Shown here: positions 12,807-24,027 of the stretch, piece by piece | Layout: each line of letters starts with the position of its first letter | Position numbering within the stretch: the first letter of the stretch is position 1 | Assembly: GCA_963751345.1 (NCBI GenBank) | Contig: CAVVUS010000014.1 | Span: 160,001-224,000 of the forward strand | Source of the DNA: an uncultured Chloroflexia bacterium | Lineage (GTDB): Bacteria > Chloroflexota > Anaerolineae > B4-G1 > SLSP01 | Reading direction: 5' to 3' | Length of the DNA: 64,000 nucleotides | Notes under the pieces: model-generated | Databases searched by the model: none | Told to the model about the DNA's origin: nothing | What the model saw: the letters and a program-made list of their open reading frames with translations, nothing else | Made by a program: the position numbers and the translations under genes

Positions 12807-13704
12807 ATGGCACAGCCAGATCTCATGAGCACCTCCGGGAGCGAGATACCCCCGGAACAACCCCCGGCCCCCACCGTCGTCGGTGTGCGCTTTCAGCCGG
12901 CTGGAAAACCGTATCATTTCGAGGCCTCCCAGGACCTCTTGTTGACAGCCCTTTGACTGGATCGTGGTAGAGACGGTGTATGGAGAGCAGGTAGGGCAAG
13001 TCACACACTTGCCCGAAGTGACGCCGGAGGAGATCGCGTCACGCAAGTTGCGGGCCGTGCTTCGCCGGGCCAGCGGTCTGGATATGGCACGTTATCACGT
13101 TATGCAGCAGCGCGCAGAGCGCCTGGTCGAAGTCGCCCGAGAGGAAGCCGCGTCCGGCAGACTGGATCTGAAGATCGTCAGCGCCGAGTTCACCCTGGAT
13201 GGCAACAGCGCCATCGTCCTGTGTTCCGGCAACGTCAACAAACAGGCGTTCGCCACGCTCCGGCGCAAAGTGGCATCACGGATGAGCTGCCGGGTGGAAC
13301 TGCGTTCCGTAGGTCCCCGCGACCACGCCAAGGCGCTGGATGGTTACGGCGTGTGTGGGGAGCCCCGGTGTTGCAGCCGCTTCCTCACCGAGTTCCAGGC
13401 GGTCTCCATCCGTATGGCCAAGGACCAGGCGATCTCGATGGCGCCGTCCGATATCACGGGTATGTGCGGGCGGCTCCGCTGCTGTCTGGGTTACGAGCAT
13501 CAGGTCTACAAAGAAGAGGCCAAGGAACTCCCCCGTATCAAGGCCCGGGTCAAGACGGAAAATGGTATCGGCAGGGTCATCGATCTCGACATTCTCAAGG
13601 GAGACGTCATCGTGGAGATCCCGCCCGATGGTCCCCGGCGAGACCGCGAACGCTTCCGCTTTTCCGCGGAGGACGTTGAGGTCCTGCCCACCGACAAGAG
13701 CTAG
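12807..13704 (+). CDS. ricT: PSP1-domain regulatory Fe-S protein RicT/YaaT (frameshift ~12945)
   Basis: VVGVRFQPAGKPYHF; GYGVCGEPRCCSRFL, VSIRMAKDQ, ITGMCGRLRCCLGYEH. Confidence 0.85.
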
Positions 13705-13740
13705 TCGAACACATCACTAAGGGCCTCAAGAAGCAGTTTT

Positions 13741-13777
13741 GCGGCGTGCGTGCTCTATCAGAGACGCACGCCGCTTT
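13741..13777 (+). terminator. Hairpin between convergent genes
   Basis: GCGGCGTGCGT-g-CTCT-ATC-AGAG-ACGCACGCCGC-TTT. Confidence 0.65.
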
Positions 13778-13803
13778 GTATATCGCGTCGGGCCACGACA
13801 CAC

Positions 13804-16738
13804 CTACGGAGCGACCGTAACCTCGGCCAGCCGCAGCCTCTGCGCTCCGTCGACCGTGAGGTGGGTGCCGTCGGTGAGATAGAGCCCGACGTAGAGGACG
13901 TAATCTCCCGGTGCCGGATCCGGGGGTAGTGTCAAGACATGGTCGTCGGTCACCACCTCCCCGCTCATCCATAGAGACGTCGGATATCCGCCGGCACGGG
14001 GCATCTCGTCCACCTGGGCGACGGGAGCGTCGGTTTCCGCGTTCCGGAGGTGCAGGAAGACGACGTAGTCCTGCGGCATCTCTTCGATGGCCTGCCACAC
14101 AAGGGTCACCTGCCACGGTTGGCCCGGGTCCCACTCACCAAGATCGTAGCCGAGTAGACGAATCTGCGCCCCTGAGGGACCGGTGAAATCACGGTCCACC
14201 ACGTAGGCAGTATCGGGGCGCGAGAACGTACGCGCCAGGGCCTGTACCTCGAAGCGCTCGAGTTCGACGGGTTCTGCCCCATCCAACTGCAGCTCGAGGC
14301 CGTAATCTCCTGCAGGCAGCGATCTGGGCAGCTGCACCTGGTAACGATCCTCCACGACCTCACCCGCGCGCCAGTCCGCAAAGGCGTAGCCCTCTGCGGG
14401 CAGGCCCGCGAAGAGTGTTGCTTCGGCATCGGCACCACGCACGCGCAGCGTCACCGTCTCGAACGGGGGCGCCGTTTCGTCGGCCAGCCAGCACAGGCGA
14501 AGCGCGAGCTTGCTGCCGGGCAGGAGGGAATCGTCGCGGGTCACCGTCCATCCCAGGAGATCCAGACCGGGCAGCGCTACCGCAGACGTCCTCGGAATCC
14601 CGGGACAGGCGTCCAGGACCTGCTCCGGCGTCGGGACCTCGAGGGTGCGAAATAGGCGCAGGCCCTGGGACGTGCCGGGATAGCGGGCCTCAAACCCCCC
14701 GAAACGCTCATCCACCAGGCGAGGAAGCGCCTCCTCCCGATCGGGGTCATAGAAACCTACGCCCACCTCGTACCCCTCGACAGGGGGAACCCCCACTGGA
14801 GGGACGACCACCAATTGGTCCAGCACGACCTCTCCCGGCGTCCATTCCTCGGCAGGATAGTGGAATGGCATCGTCCGGGCCCACTCGCCGCTCTCCGGAT
14901 GGAACAATCGCAGGACAGGCTGCAGCGTCGGGTAGGGTGATACCGCTTCCCACGTGACCAGGATCGGGCATGACGCTGCGACCCGACATGGCTGCATCGG
15001 CACGGCATCGTAGACCCGGACGACGTGGGCGAAATCGGCCGGCGCAGCATCCGGGCCGTCGCCTCGTGGCGCCATCAGGTCCTGGCGCAGCCCGGCGAGG
15101 GCAGACGCTGACAGTTGGTGCGAGGCTAACGCGGGCGCACCGGAAGGGCTCGGGTAGTTGACCGTCGTCCAGGACATCTGAGATCGTCTTGGGCCAGGGC
15201 GCCGGCGGCGGCGCGTTGTCGGGCACCAGGTAAACGGCGTCTCCGTGCTCCGGCAGGACCAGCGTCGCCCCACCCGTCAGCCACTTTGCGTCCCCATAGT
15301 GCTCGGCCAGCGCAGCGACCGTGGGATGCCGGTAGTGCTCGCTGGCGATGTAGACCGTCACCCCGGCTGGATCAGGCGCGGTCTCGATTGCGGCGTCGAG
15401 CGCCCGCGCTGCCAGGACCATCTCGCCGTCGGCCGCACGGAACAGCGCGTCGGAGCTCGACCAGCGAGCATAGATGGAGGCCGTCCGCGCTGCGCCGCCG
15501 AGAAAGAGCAGGCTCGCAAGGGAGAGAGGGAGCAGGGCAGCATAGGCGCTTGGCTGTGGCCGGCCATCACTCGTCCTCATCTGCCATTTGCCGGGCGCCA
15601 TACCCCCGAACACGCGCAGCCCTTCCGACAGCCCCCACGCCGGAAGCAGTGCCAGGAACGGAAAGAGGCCGGCCATCCGCAGGTTGCTGGGCGTCAGCTC
15701 GCCGGTGGCGAGCCCGCTGGGCAAGATCATGACGACGATTGCCCCGATCACCAGGATAAACGCCGCGCTCCCCAAGCTATCCTTCCGACGCAGTCGCAGC
15801 CGGGAGACGAGCCCAAGCAGGGCCAGCAGTGCTGAGATCACATCCATCAGGGGCAGATGCGGAAGGTTGAAACGCACGTAGCCATCGCCGACACCCGGCC
15901 ACACCAGCGCCCGCAGGCAAAGCCAGATCCCGCGAAGGGCATCGGACCAGTTCGGGGAGGCCACCTGGGTGATGCGGGTGGTGAACGCCTCCGGGTGCTG
16001 AAGGAAGAACAGGCCCAACGGTGCGAGGGCCGCCATGGCCACCGCCAGCACCAGCGCCAGTTGGCCGAGCAACCGGCGTCTCGCTCGCGGTTCCGACCGG
16101 ACGAGTAGCCACCCCAGGGCGATGCCCAGTGGCACGGGGAACAGCCGCGCCGCCAGGTAGGTATACGCGGTAAGGCCGAGAAAAGCACCACCTGCGACGA
16201 GCCAACTCCATCGGCCCGACCGCAGCCCTCGCCAGAGCGCGGCGACGGTCAATGCCTGCAGGAGCGGCTGCGATATGGCTCGGAATCCGTAACGGCTGAG
16301 CAGCACGTGGGGAAACGCCACGGCGATCCAGGCCGCGGCGAACAGCGCGATGGACGCCGTGCGTTTGCGCGGCCCCAGGAGGGCAGAGGTCGCTGCGTAG
16401 GTTGCAGCGACCGTGAGGATTCCGAGCATAGCGGCTCCCAGACGGAGCCCCCACGGCGAGCCGCCGGTCATCCGTACCCAGGGGGCGGCAGCGTAGAAAA
16501 AGAGGACCTCTTTGCCGGTGTAGGCCTGGATAAAGACGGGGCGGTACTGCCCCTCGGCAATCTGGCGCGTGAGTATGAGATTGGCAGCTTCGTCGTAGTG
16601 GAGACCCACGGGAAACGACGGCAGCGCCCATAGCCGGAGTGCGGCTGCGACGAGGAGCACGACGAGCATGCCCCAGCGCATCCAAGGTGGGGAGAGGTTA
16701 TTTCGCATCCTGGGCTTCCGACGCGTCGAGGGTTCCAC
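13804..16738 (-). CDS. GT39/ArnT-like multi-pass glycosyltransferase with extracellular C-terminal domains (frameshift ~15175)
   Basis: LRLWALPSFPVGLHYDEA, many TM helices, repeated 'LLGY...VTLVWQA...YVVFLHL...W..GEVVTD' beta domains. Confidence 0.75.
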
Positions 16739-16852
16739 AGGCGCATTATACCTGCCGCGTTGTTTTCAGCCATGCCGATGGTATAATCGCCTTCGTTGAT
16801 CCAAGGGAGTGTGTGTCTCCCCATCTCAGGCAAAGGCTTGACCACCAATTCT

Positions 16853-17662
16853 ATGCGACAATGGCTAAAAGAGCTCTGGGCCTACCGGAACCTCGTCTAT
16901 AATCTGGTCTCGCGCGATCTGAAAGTCCGGTATAAGAATTCCCTCCTTGGCATCATCTGGTCTTGGCTCAATCCACTTCTGTTGATGCTCATTTTCACGC
17001 TGGTGTTCGGTATCCTCCTCAAGCGCCAGGATATCCCGAACTACCACATCCTCTTTCTTAGTGCGATGCTGCCGTGGAACTTCTTCGTCGGTTCTGTGAT
17101 GGGCGGCATTCCGAGCGTGGTCGGCAACGCCAACTTGATCAAGAAAGTCTACTTCCCCCGAGAAGTATTGCCGATCTCCACGGTCCTCGCCAATATGGTG
17201 AACTTCCTGATCGCACTGCCGGTCTTCTTCGCCATTGCGATGATATCCGGGATCATGCCCAACCAGTATCTGTTGTTCTTGCCAATCCCCATTCTCATCG
17301 AACTCATCTTCGCCATCGGTATCACGCTTATCCTCTCGACCCTGGAGGTCTTTTACCGCGACACCCACATGATCATGGACGTGGCGATGCAAGCCTGGTT
17401 TTTCCTGACACCGGTGATCTACTCGGTGACATCGCTACCAACCCAGGTCACGCTGCTGGGAGTGACCTTCAATCCACAGGTCTGGATCTACCGTCTCAAC
17501 CCGATGGCCTCCATCATCAACACCTATCAGGATATCCTCTATAAGGGCACGCTCACTTCGGTCGACTTTCTGTCGCGCACGGCGGTGACCGCGTTGATCA
17601 TCCTGATTTTCGGGTATTGGTTCTTCCGCCATTTCAGTGGCAAGTTCGGAGAAGTGGTCTAG
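16853..17662 (+). CDS. ABC-2 polysaccharide export permease (Wzm/TagG-like)
   Basis: RDLKVRYKNSLLGIIWSWLNPL, NLIKKVYFPRE, WFFLTPVIY, LNPM. Confidence 0.9.
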   Translation: MRQWLKELWAYRNLVYNLVSRDLKVRYKNSLLGIIWSWLNPLLLMLIFTLVFGILLKRQDIPNYHILFLSAMLPWNFFVGSVMGGIPSVVGNANLIKKVYFPREVLPISTVLANMVNFLIALPVFFAIAMISGIMPNQYLLFLPIPILIELIFAIGITLILSTLEVFYRDTHMIMDVAMQAWFFLTPVIYSVTSLPTQVTLLGVTFNPQVWIYRLNPMASIINTYQDILYKGTLTSVDFLSRTAVTALIILIFGYWFFRHFSGKFGEVV

Positions 17663-17765
17663 ATACTCAACGGCGCCGCACCGCGCGAGGGTATGTTGAT
17701 TCGACAAACCGGTGCAGCGGGCTTACACTTAGTCCAGCAATTCCCATCCCCAAAAGGAGGTCGCA

Positions 17766-18128
17766 ATGTATTACGGTATGTCCTCAGATGCACTCAAGAG
17801 GCTCTACGTGGAAGGCAGTCTGGAGAATCAGGATGATGGCTTTGCCTTTCAATTGAAGAACTTGGTGGACTCCGGCTCGGTCAGTGGCATCACAAAGTTG
17901 ACGGTGGATGGCGAGGAGCGGTCGCTCGATGGCGTCACGGTGGAGCTGGGTGGCAAAGTGCGCCCCGTTAGCGGCCTCTCGTGGTCCTCTTCCCTCTACG
18001 TGTCCTATGGCGCCATCCTGAAGATCTACGTTCCGGGCCAACTCGAACCGGGAGAGCACACCATCGAGGTGACGGTCAACGCGCCGGAGTTGGGCCGGCT
18101 CACGCTGCCCATTACCGCAACACTCTGA
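17766..18128 (+). CDS. Small beta-sandwich hypothetical protein (DUF6379-like)
   Basis: Strong AAGGAGG RBS; LKRLYVEGSLEN..DGFAFQLKN...PGQLEPGEHTIEV pattern. Confidence 0.6.
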   Translation: MYYGMSSDALKRLYVEGSLENQDDGFAFQLKNLVDSGSVSGITKLTVDGEERSLDGVTVELGGKVRPVSGLSWSSSLYVSYGAILKIYVPGQLEPGEHTIEVTVNAPELGRLTLPITATL

Positions 18129-18137
18129 GTCGCGCCT

Positions 18138-18206
18138 AACCTTGCGAAGGTTCAAGCCCGAGCCCCGGTGCAGTTTGCCGGGGAGTCGGGCCACCTTCGC
18201 AAGGTT
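18138..18206. repeat. REP/REPIN-like double palindrome, copy 3
   Basis: AACCTTGCGAAGGTT-CAAGCCCGA-[inner hairpin]-TCGGGCC-ACCTTCGCAAGGTT. Confidence 0.8.
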
Positions 18207-18221
18207 TTGTTCTTGTAGACC

Positions 18222-18249
18222 TTGCCAGTCCAGACCGTTATGGTATAAT
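18222..18249 (+). promoter_or_regulatory. Sigma-70 promoter of the tRNA pair
   Basis: TTGCCA-N16-TATAAT with extended TG. Confidence 0.7.
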
Positions 18250-18265
18250 CGCCGTCGTGGTGAGA

Positions 18266-18338
<73 letters not shown>

Positions 18339-18382
18339 TTCAGGGAAAAACCCTCCCTGTCACACAAAGAAAAGGTTAACGC

Positions 18383-18458
18383 GGGCCTGTAGCGCAGTTG
18401 GGAGCGCATCACAATGGCATTGTGGGGGTCGTGGGTTCGAATCCCACCAGGTCCACCA
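18383..18458 (+). tRNA. tRNA-Ala(GGC), CCA encoded
   Basis: GGGCCTG/CAGGTCC-ACCA with G3:U70, anticodon loop ATGGCAT, GTTCGAAT. Confidence 0.95.
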
Positions 18459-18490
18459 AAAAGCGGGGCGACTTTGCAGTCGCCCCGCTT
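18458..18490. terminator. Intrinsic terminator between tRNAs and the convergent DUF554 gene
   Basis: AAGCGGGGCGACT-TTGC-AGTCGCCCCGCTT, 13-bp stem; U-run on the minus strand. Confidence 0.75.
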
Positions 18491-18513
18491 GCGTTACCAC
18501 GCGTCGCCTCACC

Positions 18514-19200
18514 CTAGATAAGAAAGATGACGGTCAGGACGATCACGACCAAGAGGGCCGGGAGCAGATTCACCGTCTTGATCTTCTTGATCTCCAGCAG
18601 GTTGAGTCCGATCCCCAGGATCAGCGCGCCGCCCACAGCCGTCAGTTGCCGGATCAGGATATCGGGAAACAGCATCTGAAACCGCGCCGCGACCAGCGTC
18701 AGGCTTGCCTGAACCAGGAATAGGGGCAGCGCGGAGAAGAGCACACCGACGCCGTAGACCGAGGCCAGCACCATCGAGGTAAAGCCATCGAGGATGGCCT
18801 TGCTCAGGATCAGCGTGCGATCACCGGTGAGTCCCTCGTTGAGTGCGCCTACGAACGTCATCGACCCCACGCAGAAGATGAGGAACGCCGTCACCAACCC
18901 CTCGGTGAAGCGCTCATTCTTGATGTTGATACGCGCCTTGAGGGCATCGCCGAATGCATCCATACGTGCGTCAAGCCGGGACAGCTCGCCGAGAATGCCG
19001 CCGAAGATCAAACTGAAGATCAGGATCAGAAAGTCGCCCTCGACCTGCAGCGCCATCTGCACGGCTAGGATGATCGTCGCCAGGCCAACCGCCTGGAAGA
19101 TGATCCCCCGGATCCGTTCCGGCAGTCGTTGTCGAACCAGCATCCCCACGGTGCTGCCGAGGATCACGGTCAGCGCGTTCACCATTGAGCCGATGGGCAT
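18514..19200 (-). CDS. DUF554 (YdfK/YqgA-like) membrane protein
   Basis: GSMVNALTVILGS, FCVGSMTFVGAL, KAILDG, GVGVLFSA, NLLPAL. Confidence 0.85.
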   Translation of the reverse strand: MPIGSMVNALTVILGSTVGMLVRQRLPERIRGIIFQAVGLATIILAVQMALQVEGDFLILIFSLIFGGILGELSRLDARMDAFGDALKARINIKNERFTEGLVTAFLIFCVGSMTFVGALNEGLTGDRTLILSKAILDGFTSMVLASVYGVGVLFSALPLFLVQASLTLVAARFQMLFPDILIRQLTAVGGALILGIGLNLLEIKKIKTVNLLPALLVVIVLTVIFLI

Positions 19201-19254
19201 CCTCTACTCCTGACGCAAGATGATAGGGGCGGGCGTTTGGCGTGATCCGCCCGA

Positions 19255-20328
19255 TCAGAAGCCAAGCTCTCGGAGTTGCGCCGTACGGTCGCGCCAACTG
19301 GGCTTCACCTTCACCCACAGATCCAGGTAGACGTGCCCACCGATGAACCGCTCCAACTCGGTGCGCGCTTCCACGCCGATCTGCTTGAGGCGGCGTCCTC
19401 CTTTGCCGATGACGATCGGTTTCTGGGACTCTCTCTCGACCCAGATGCGCGCACCGACATAGAAGACACCGTTGTCACGCTCGCGGTAGTCCTCAACCAG
19501 GACGGCAGCCGAATGAGGCACCTCGTCCTGGGTGAAACGGAAGACAGCCTCCCGAATCAGCTCCGCCGCAATCTGGTGCTCGGTCTGATCGGTGATCTGA
19601 TCTCCCGGGAAATAGCGGGGGCCCTCGGGCAAATGCGAGATGATGTGCTCCCGCAGGATATCGAGGTTGGTACCGTTCAGAGCGCTCACGGGGATCGAGT
19701 CCGCGTAGGTAGGCAGCAGCGCCCAGTACGCCTCTATGCGTGCCTGAGCCTGCTCCAGCGTCAGTTGATCCATCTTGTTGAGCACAAAAAAGACAGGTCG
19801 CGCGCCCCCCTTCTCCTTGAGCAGCGTCGCGATCATCTCGTCATCCTCGCGAGGTCGTGCGGAAACATCCACCACAAAGAGGATCACGTCGGCATCGGGA
19901 ATCGCGGCCTCGGCCTCCGCAACCATGATCTTGTTCAGTTGATGCGGCAGGCTCTTGTGGATGCCGGGCGTATCGACGAAGATCACTTGATCGTCGGGTT
20001 CGGTCAGGATCCCCATCAGGCGATTCCGCGTCGTCTGGGGCTTCGAGGAGACGATGGCGACCTTGTGACCGATGAGCGCGTTGACGAGCGTCGACTTGCC
20101 GACGTTCGGACGTCCGATCAATGCGACGAAACCCGAACGGTGTCCTTCAGGCACCTCCTCACTTCGCCACGCCTCCTGGTCGGACTCAACGGCCTCACGC
20201 ACCACGCCGCCGCCGGTTTCGGCCAGGAACTGCTCGACCAAGGCCTCGGACTCTCCGAGAGAGTCGTCGTCCTCGACAGACGTCGATTGCGGCTCGATTC
20301 CCGGTTCATCCTGTCGATCTTCTTTCAC
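19255..20328 (-). CDS. era: GTPase Era with acidic N-terminal extension
   Basis: GRPNVGKST, KPQTTR, DTPG, NKMD, KH domain VIGKGG, LDLWVKV. Confidence 0.96.
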   Translation of the reverse strand: MKEDRQDEPGIEPQSTSVEDDDSLGESEALVEQFLAETGGGVVREAVESDQEAWRSEEVPEGHRSGFVALIGRPNVGKSTLVNALIGHKVAIVSSKPQTTRNRLMGILTEPDDQVIFVDTPGIHKSLPHQLNKIMVAEAEAAIPDADVILFVVDVSARPREDDEMIATLLKEKGGARPVFFVLNKMDQLTLEQAQARIEAYWALLPTYADSIPVSALNGTNLDILREHIISHLPEGPRYFPGDQITDQTEHQIAAELIREAVFRFTQDEVPHSAAVLVEDYRERDNGVFYVGARIWVERESQKPIVIGKGGRRLKQIGVEARTELERFIGGHVYLDLWVKVKPSWRDRTAQLRELGF

Positions 20329-20331
20329 AAT

Positions 20332-20988
20332 CTAGCCTTCCTTCACAAGATAGATGCCCGGCAGGCTGATCATCGTCGTCACGCCCTTGACCAGGACGTT
20401 GGCCCAGAAGATCGACCAGACGACGGCTGTCGGCAGGGTCGCACTAAATGCGAGCCATACGAAGATCAGGCTGTCCACAGGCACGCTGACGCTGTTGCTC
20501 ACCAGGACCCGTGCCCATTGATAACGTCGGGTCACGCGGCTCACCCACAGGTGGTAGATCTCGGTATCCAGCAACTCCCCGATCACCTCCGCGGCGATGC
20601 TCGCCAGGACGATGCGCCACACCGGGCTGAGTACGCTGGCGAAAGCCTGCTGCAGGGACCATGAGGGATCGGCGGGGAGGCGCGCCACGAACGCGAAGAA
20701 GAGGGCCATCAACAGGTTGATCACGGCTGCTGCAATCACCACGGTGCGGGCGGCTTGGCGCCCCAGAAGCTTGTGCACCATATCACGAAGCGTAAACGTG
20801 AACGGATAGATGAACGTCCCACCGTCAATGCTGAACCCGGCCACCAGTGCGATCTTCAGACTGCCGATGTCCGAGACCATCTGCGCCGCGATATATGCGG
20901 CTACGGTCAGAATACCGGCCTGCGTCAATGACACGGCCGATGCTTTCGCACGTTCTACAACTGCTACACTTCCCTCTCTCGTGGTCAT
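20332..20988 (-). CDS. yhhQ: Queuosine precursor transporter (VUT/YhhQ family)
   Basis: GGTFIYPFTFTLRDMV, WRIVLAS, SNSVSVPVDSLIF. Confidence 0.8.
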   Translation of the reverse strand: MTTREGSVAVVERAKASAVSLTQAGILTVAAYIAAQMVSDIGSLKIALVAGFSIDGGTFIYPFTFTLRDMVHKLLGRQAARTVVIAAAVINLLMALFFAFVARLPADPSWSLQQAFASVLSPVWRIVLASIAAEVIGELLDTEIYHLWVSRVTRRYQWARVLVSNSVSVPVDSLIFVWLAFSATLPTAVVWSIFWANVLVKGVTTMISLPGIYLVKEG

Positions 20989-21023
20989 CCGGGCAAGTAT
21001 ACCACGGATGACCTCAACGCCGG

Positions 21024-21506
21024 CTACTCTCCGCTCTTTCCCGTGATTTCCTCGATGGTTAGTTTCAATACCGCCACGGTGGGGAGGCGTCCGGGATCGG
21101 CAAGGAGACGGCGGCGCACCGAGATGGGATCTTCCTCCAGATGGTCGATCATGACGCCAAGCCCCGCCCTCTTAGCGTCGTTGGATTCCAGAAGCTCAAT
21201 CCGGCCCCAGAAGACGACCGACCCGTAAGCGTGGGAGCACTTACCCTTCTGATATCCCCGATCCACCACCACGGTCCCGCATACCCTCGGATTCTCGCGG
21301 ATGAACTCCAGCTTGAGCCCTTCGAGTGCCGAGTGGAAATAGAGTGCGTGCTGCTCAGGTGCGTAACCGTAGTTCAGTGTGACCAAATAAGGCTCATTCT
21401 GTCTGGCCATCGCCAGCGTGGCGTATTGCCCACCGGCCAGAATCGCCTCGATCGCCGCCGGATCCTTGATTTCGCCTTCGACTTTCTGCATATGATAGCG
21501 TGGCAT
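21024..21506 (-). CDS. Pyridoxamine 5'-phosphate oxidase-like flavin-binding protein (NimA family)
   Basis: PYLVTLNYGY, LYFHSALEGLK, NPRVC, YGSVVFWG, ITGK. Confidence 0.85.
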   Translation of the reverse strand: MPRYHMQKVEGEIKDPAAIEAILAGGQYATLAMARQNEPYLVTLNYGYAPEQHALYFHSALEGLKLEFIRENPRVCGTVVVDRGYQKGKCSHAYGSVVFWGRIELLESNDAKRAGLGVMIDHLEEDPISVRRRLLADPGRLPTVAVLKLTIEEITGKSGE

Positions 21507-21600
21507 CTTCGTTATAGCCTCCGTGAGCTTTGTGGGATGCGCAACCGACTCGCAGCAGTATAGAGTCTGCGAGGTGCCCGTCAACTGAGACGTCCCGCGT

Positions 21601-21628
21601 TTGACGGGGCCGCCAACCGGGCTACGAT
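21601..21628 (+). promoter_or_regulatory. Sigma-70 promoter of the GRE gene run
   Basis: TTGACG-N16-TACGAT, then AGGAG RBS. Confidence 0.55.
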
Positions 21629-21661
21629 GGACCCGACGAGACCTCGGGATAGGAGAGCTGT

Positions 21662-24012
21662 ATGGAAACTATGCAGACAATGCTGACCCCGGTGCGCACC
21701 GCCCGGCTCCTCGACGACGTCATGGCTCGCGGTGGCGCGCACCTTCCCGGGCTCAATCCGTTCCTGTCCACCGTCGCCTTCTGGCGTGCGTTCGCGGCTG
21801 ACAGTCCCGTCGCGGCGATACCGATGGAGAGGAACGTGCGGTCGCGCGTCCAGATACGCGCACGCTACCTCTACGAACTGGTCAACCTGGCACCCATTGC
21901 ATTGGAACCCGAGTGGGACATCGTGGGCAATCACCTGCCCAACGACTACCATTCCTTACCTATGCCGAACCCAGCCAATCCCGATGATGTTGCACAGATG
22001 GCAGAGCTGGGCATTGCGCCTGCAACACTGAACGAGATACTCGATGTCGTGACAGCGTGGCGGCATCCGTCCTGGCAAGGGCTGGGAGAGTATCCGCTCT
22101 CCTACCGGCTTGGCGTGATGGGCACGGGCGACACCAGCGGCGTCTACTGGGCCCACGGATGGATGGAGAACCACTCCATCCGCGACTACGCCAAGGTCCT
22201 GGCGATCGGATTCGAGGGCATCAAGGACGAGATCGAGACGTGCCTGGCAACAGCCGATATCGCGGACCCCGACTACCCCCGGAAGGAGAGCTTCTGGCGC
22301 GCTGCGCTTCTCGTCTGCGAAGCCGGAGCCATGCTCGGTCGCCGCTACGCCGCCCTGGCCCGTGAAATGGCCGCGGCGACGTCGGGCGTCGAGGCCTCTC
22401 ACCTGGAGAGCATCGCCCGGCGCTGCGAACGTGTTCCCGCACGAGGGGCCCGCACCTTTGAGGAAGCCGTGCAATCGCTGTGGTTCGCCCATATCCTCAC
22501 CTGTGGCGAGGATGGCATCAACGCCAACTCCATCGGTCGTCTTGACCAGATCCTCTACCCGTTCTACAAGGCCGACCAAGATGCGGGTCGGCTGTCGCGT
22601 GACCGCGCGTTGACGCTGATGGAAGAGCTGGCGTGCCGTCTCTACCGCGACTATGACGTACAGGCGATCACCCTGGGTGGCGTCGATCGACAGGGCCAAG
22701 ATGCCGTCAACGACCTAAGTACCCTTATCCTTGAGGCAACGCGCAACGTCGGCGTCGTCCGTGACCTTTCGATCCGCATCGGGCCGGAGACACCCGATGA
22801 GTTCATCGACCTGGCCAGCGATCTCATCGCCCGCGGGGGCGGCATCCCCTTCATCTTTAACGATAACGCCTTCATTCCGGCACTGACTGACAGAGGCATC
22901 GCGCTGGAGGACGCGCGTGACTACGCGCCCATCGGGTGCGTCGAGTTGACGATTCCGGGCCGCGCCAATCCCCACGCGGTCTCGGCAGTCCTGTGTTCCA
23001 CAAAGTGTCTCGAATACGCGCTCTTCGACGGCAAAGATCCCCGCGCAGGCATCCAGGTGGGGCCGCAGACCGGCACGCTCTCGTCCTTCTGCCTCATTCG
23101 ATGACCTCTATGCAGGCCTACTGCAAACAGGTGGACTTCTTCGCGCGCCGTATGGTCTACCAGACCAATCGCGGCGAATTGGCCCAGCGAGAGGCAGGGC
23201 CGCAGCCCTGTTGGTCGACACTGACAGACGACTGCATCGCCCGCGGGCGCGACATCACGGATGGAGGCGCCGTCTACAATTACCACTCGGTCGCCTTTAT
23301 CGGAACCGCAACGACCGCCGATTCGTTGTTCGCGCTGAAACGACTCCTCTTTGAGGAGCGTGCGATCGGCGCCGCTGAGCTGCTGGAGGCCCTGACAGAC
23401 GACTTCGAAGGCTCGGAGCCGCTTCGCCAACGTCTTCTGCACCTGGCGAAATACGGCAACGATGACGCCGAGGTCGACCGGCTGGCCGCGCGAGTAGACG
23501 ACGACTTCATCGACCTGATGGACACGATGCGAAGCCCGCTGGGCGGACGCTACTTCGTCCACCTGTTCTCGTTTGTCTGGCACCTCGATTTTGGGCGAAA
23601 CGTCGGCGCCACGCCCGATGGGCGAAGGGCCGGCGAGCCGCTCGCCTACTCGCTCTCGGCCCAACAGGGGCGCGATGTCAAGGGCATCACGGCGCTGCTT
23701 ACCTCGCTCTCCCGGCTGCCGCACGCCAAAGCCGCCGGCGGATCGGCCGCGATCGTGGAGATCGACCCCGTGCTGGTCGAAGGGCCCGACGGCAGCGATC
23801 TCGTGGCCCAGCTCATCAAGACGGCAATGGAGATGGGGGTCGGGCAACTCCAGTGGAACGTCGTGACCGCGGAGCGTCTCAAGCAGGCGCAGGAGGACCC
23901 CGAGCGCTACGGCAACATCGCGGTCCGCGTGGCGGGCTACTCCCAAATGTTCAAGCTGATTCCCAAGGACCTCCAAGATCACATCATCGCCCGAACCAAG
24001 CACCGCAATTAG
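21662..24012 (+). CDS. Glycyl radical enzyme (PFL family, GCVE Cys loop), ~780 aa; frameshift ~23090-23115
   Basis: SIGRLDQILYPFY, APIGCVEL Cys loop, GATPDGR..GEPL, C-terminal Gly loop VRVAGYS. Confidence 0.9.
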
Positions 24013-24027
24013 CTCACAGGAGACCAG

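Noticed and set aside
12954-12956. In-frame TGA in ricT as possible selenocysteine or readthrough
   Set aside because: Homology continues in another frame (FDWIVVETVYG), so this is a frameshift, not recoding.
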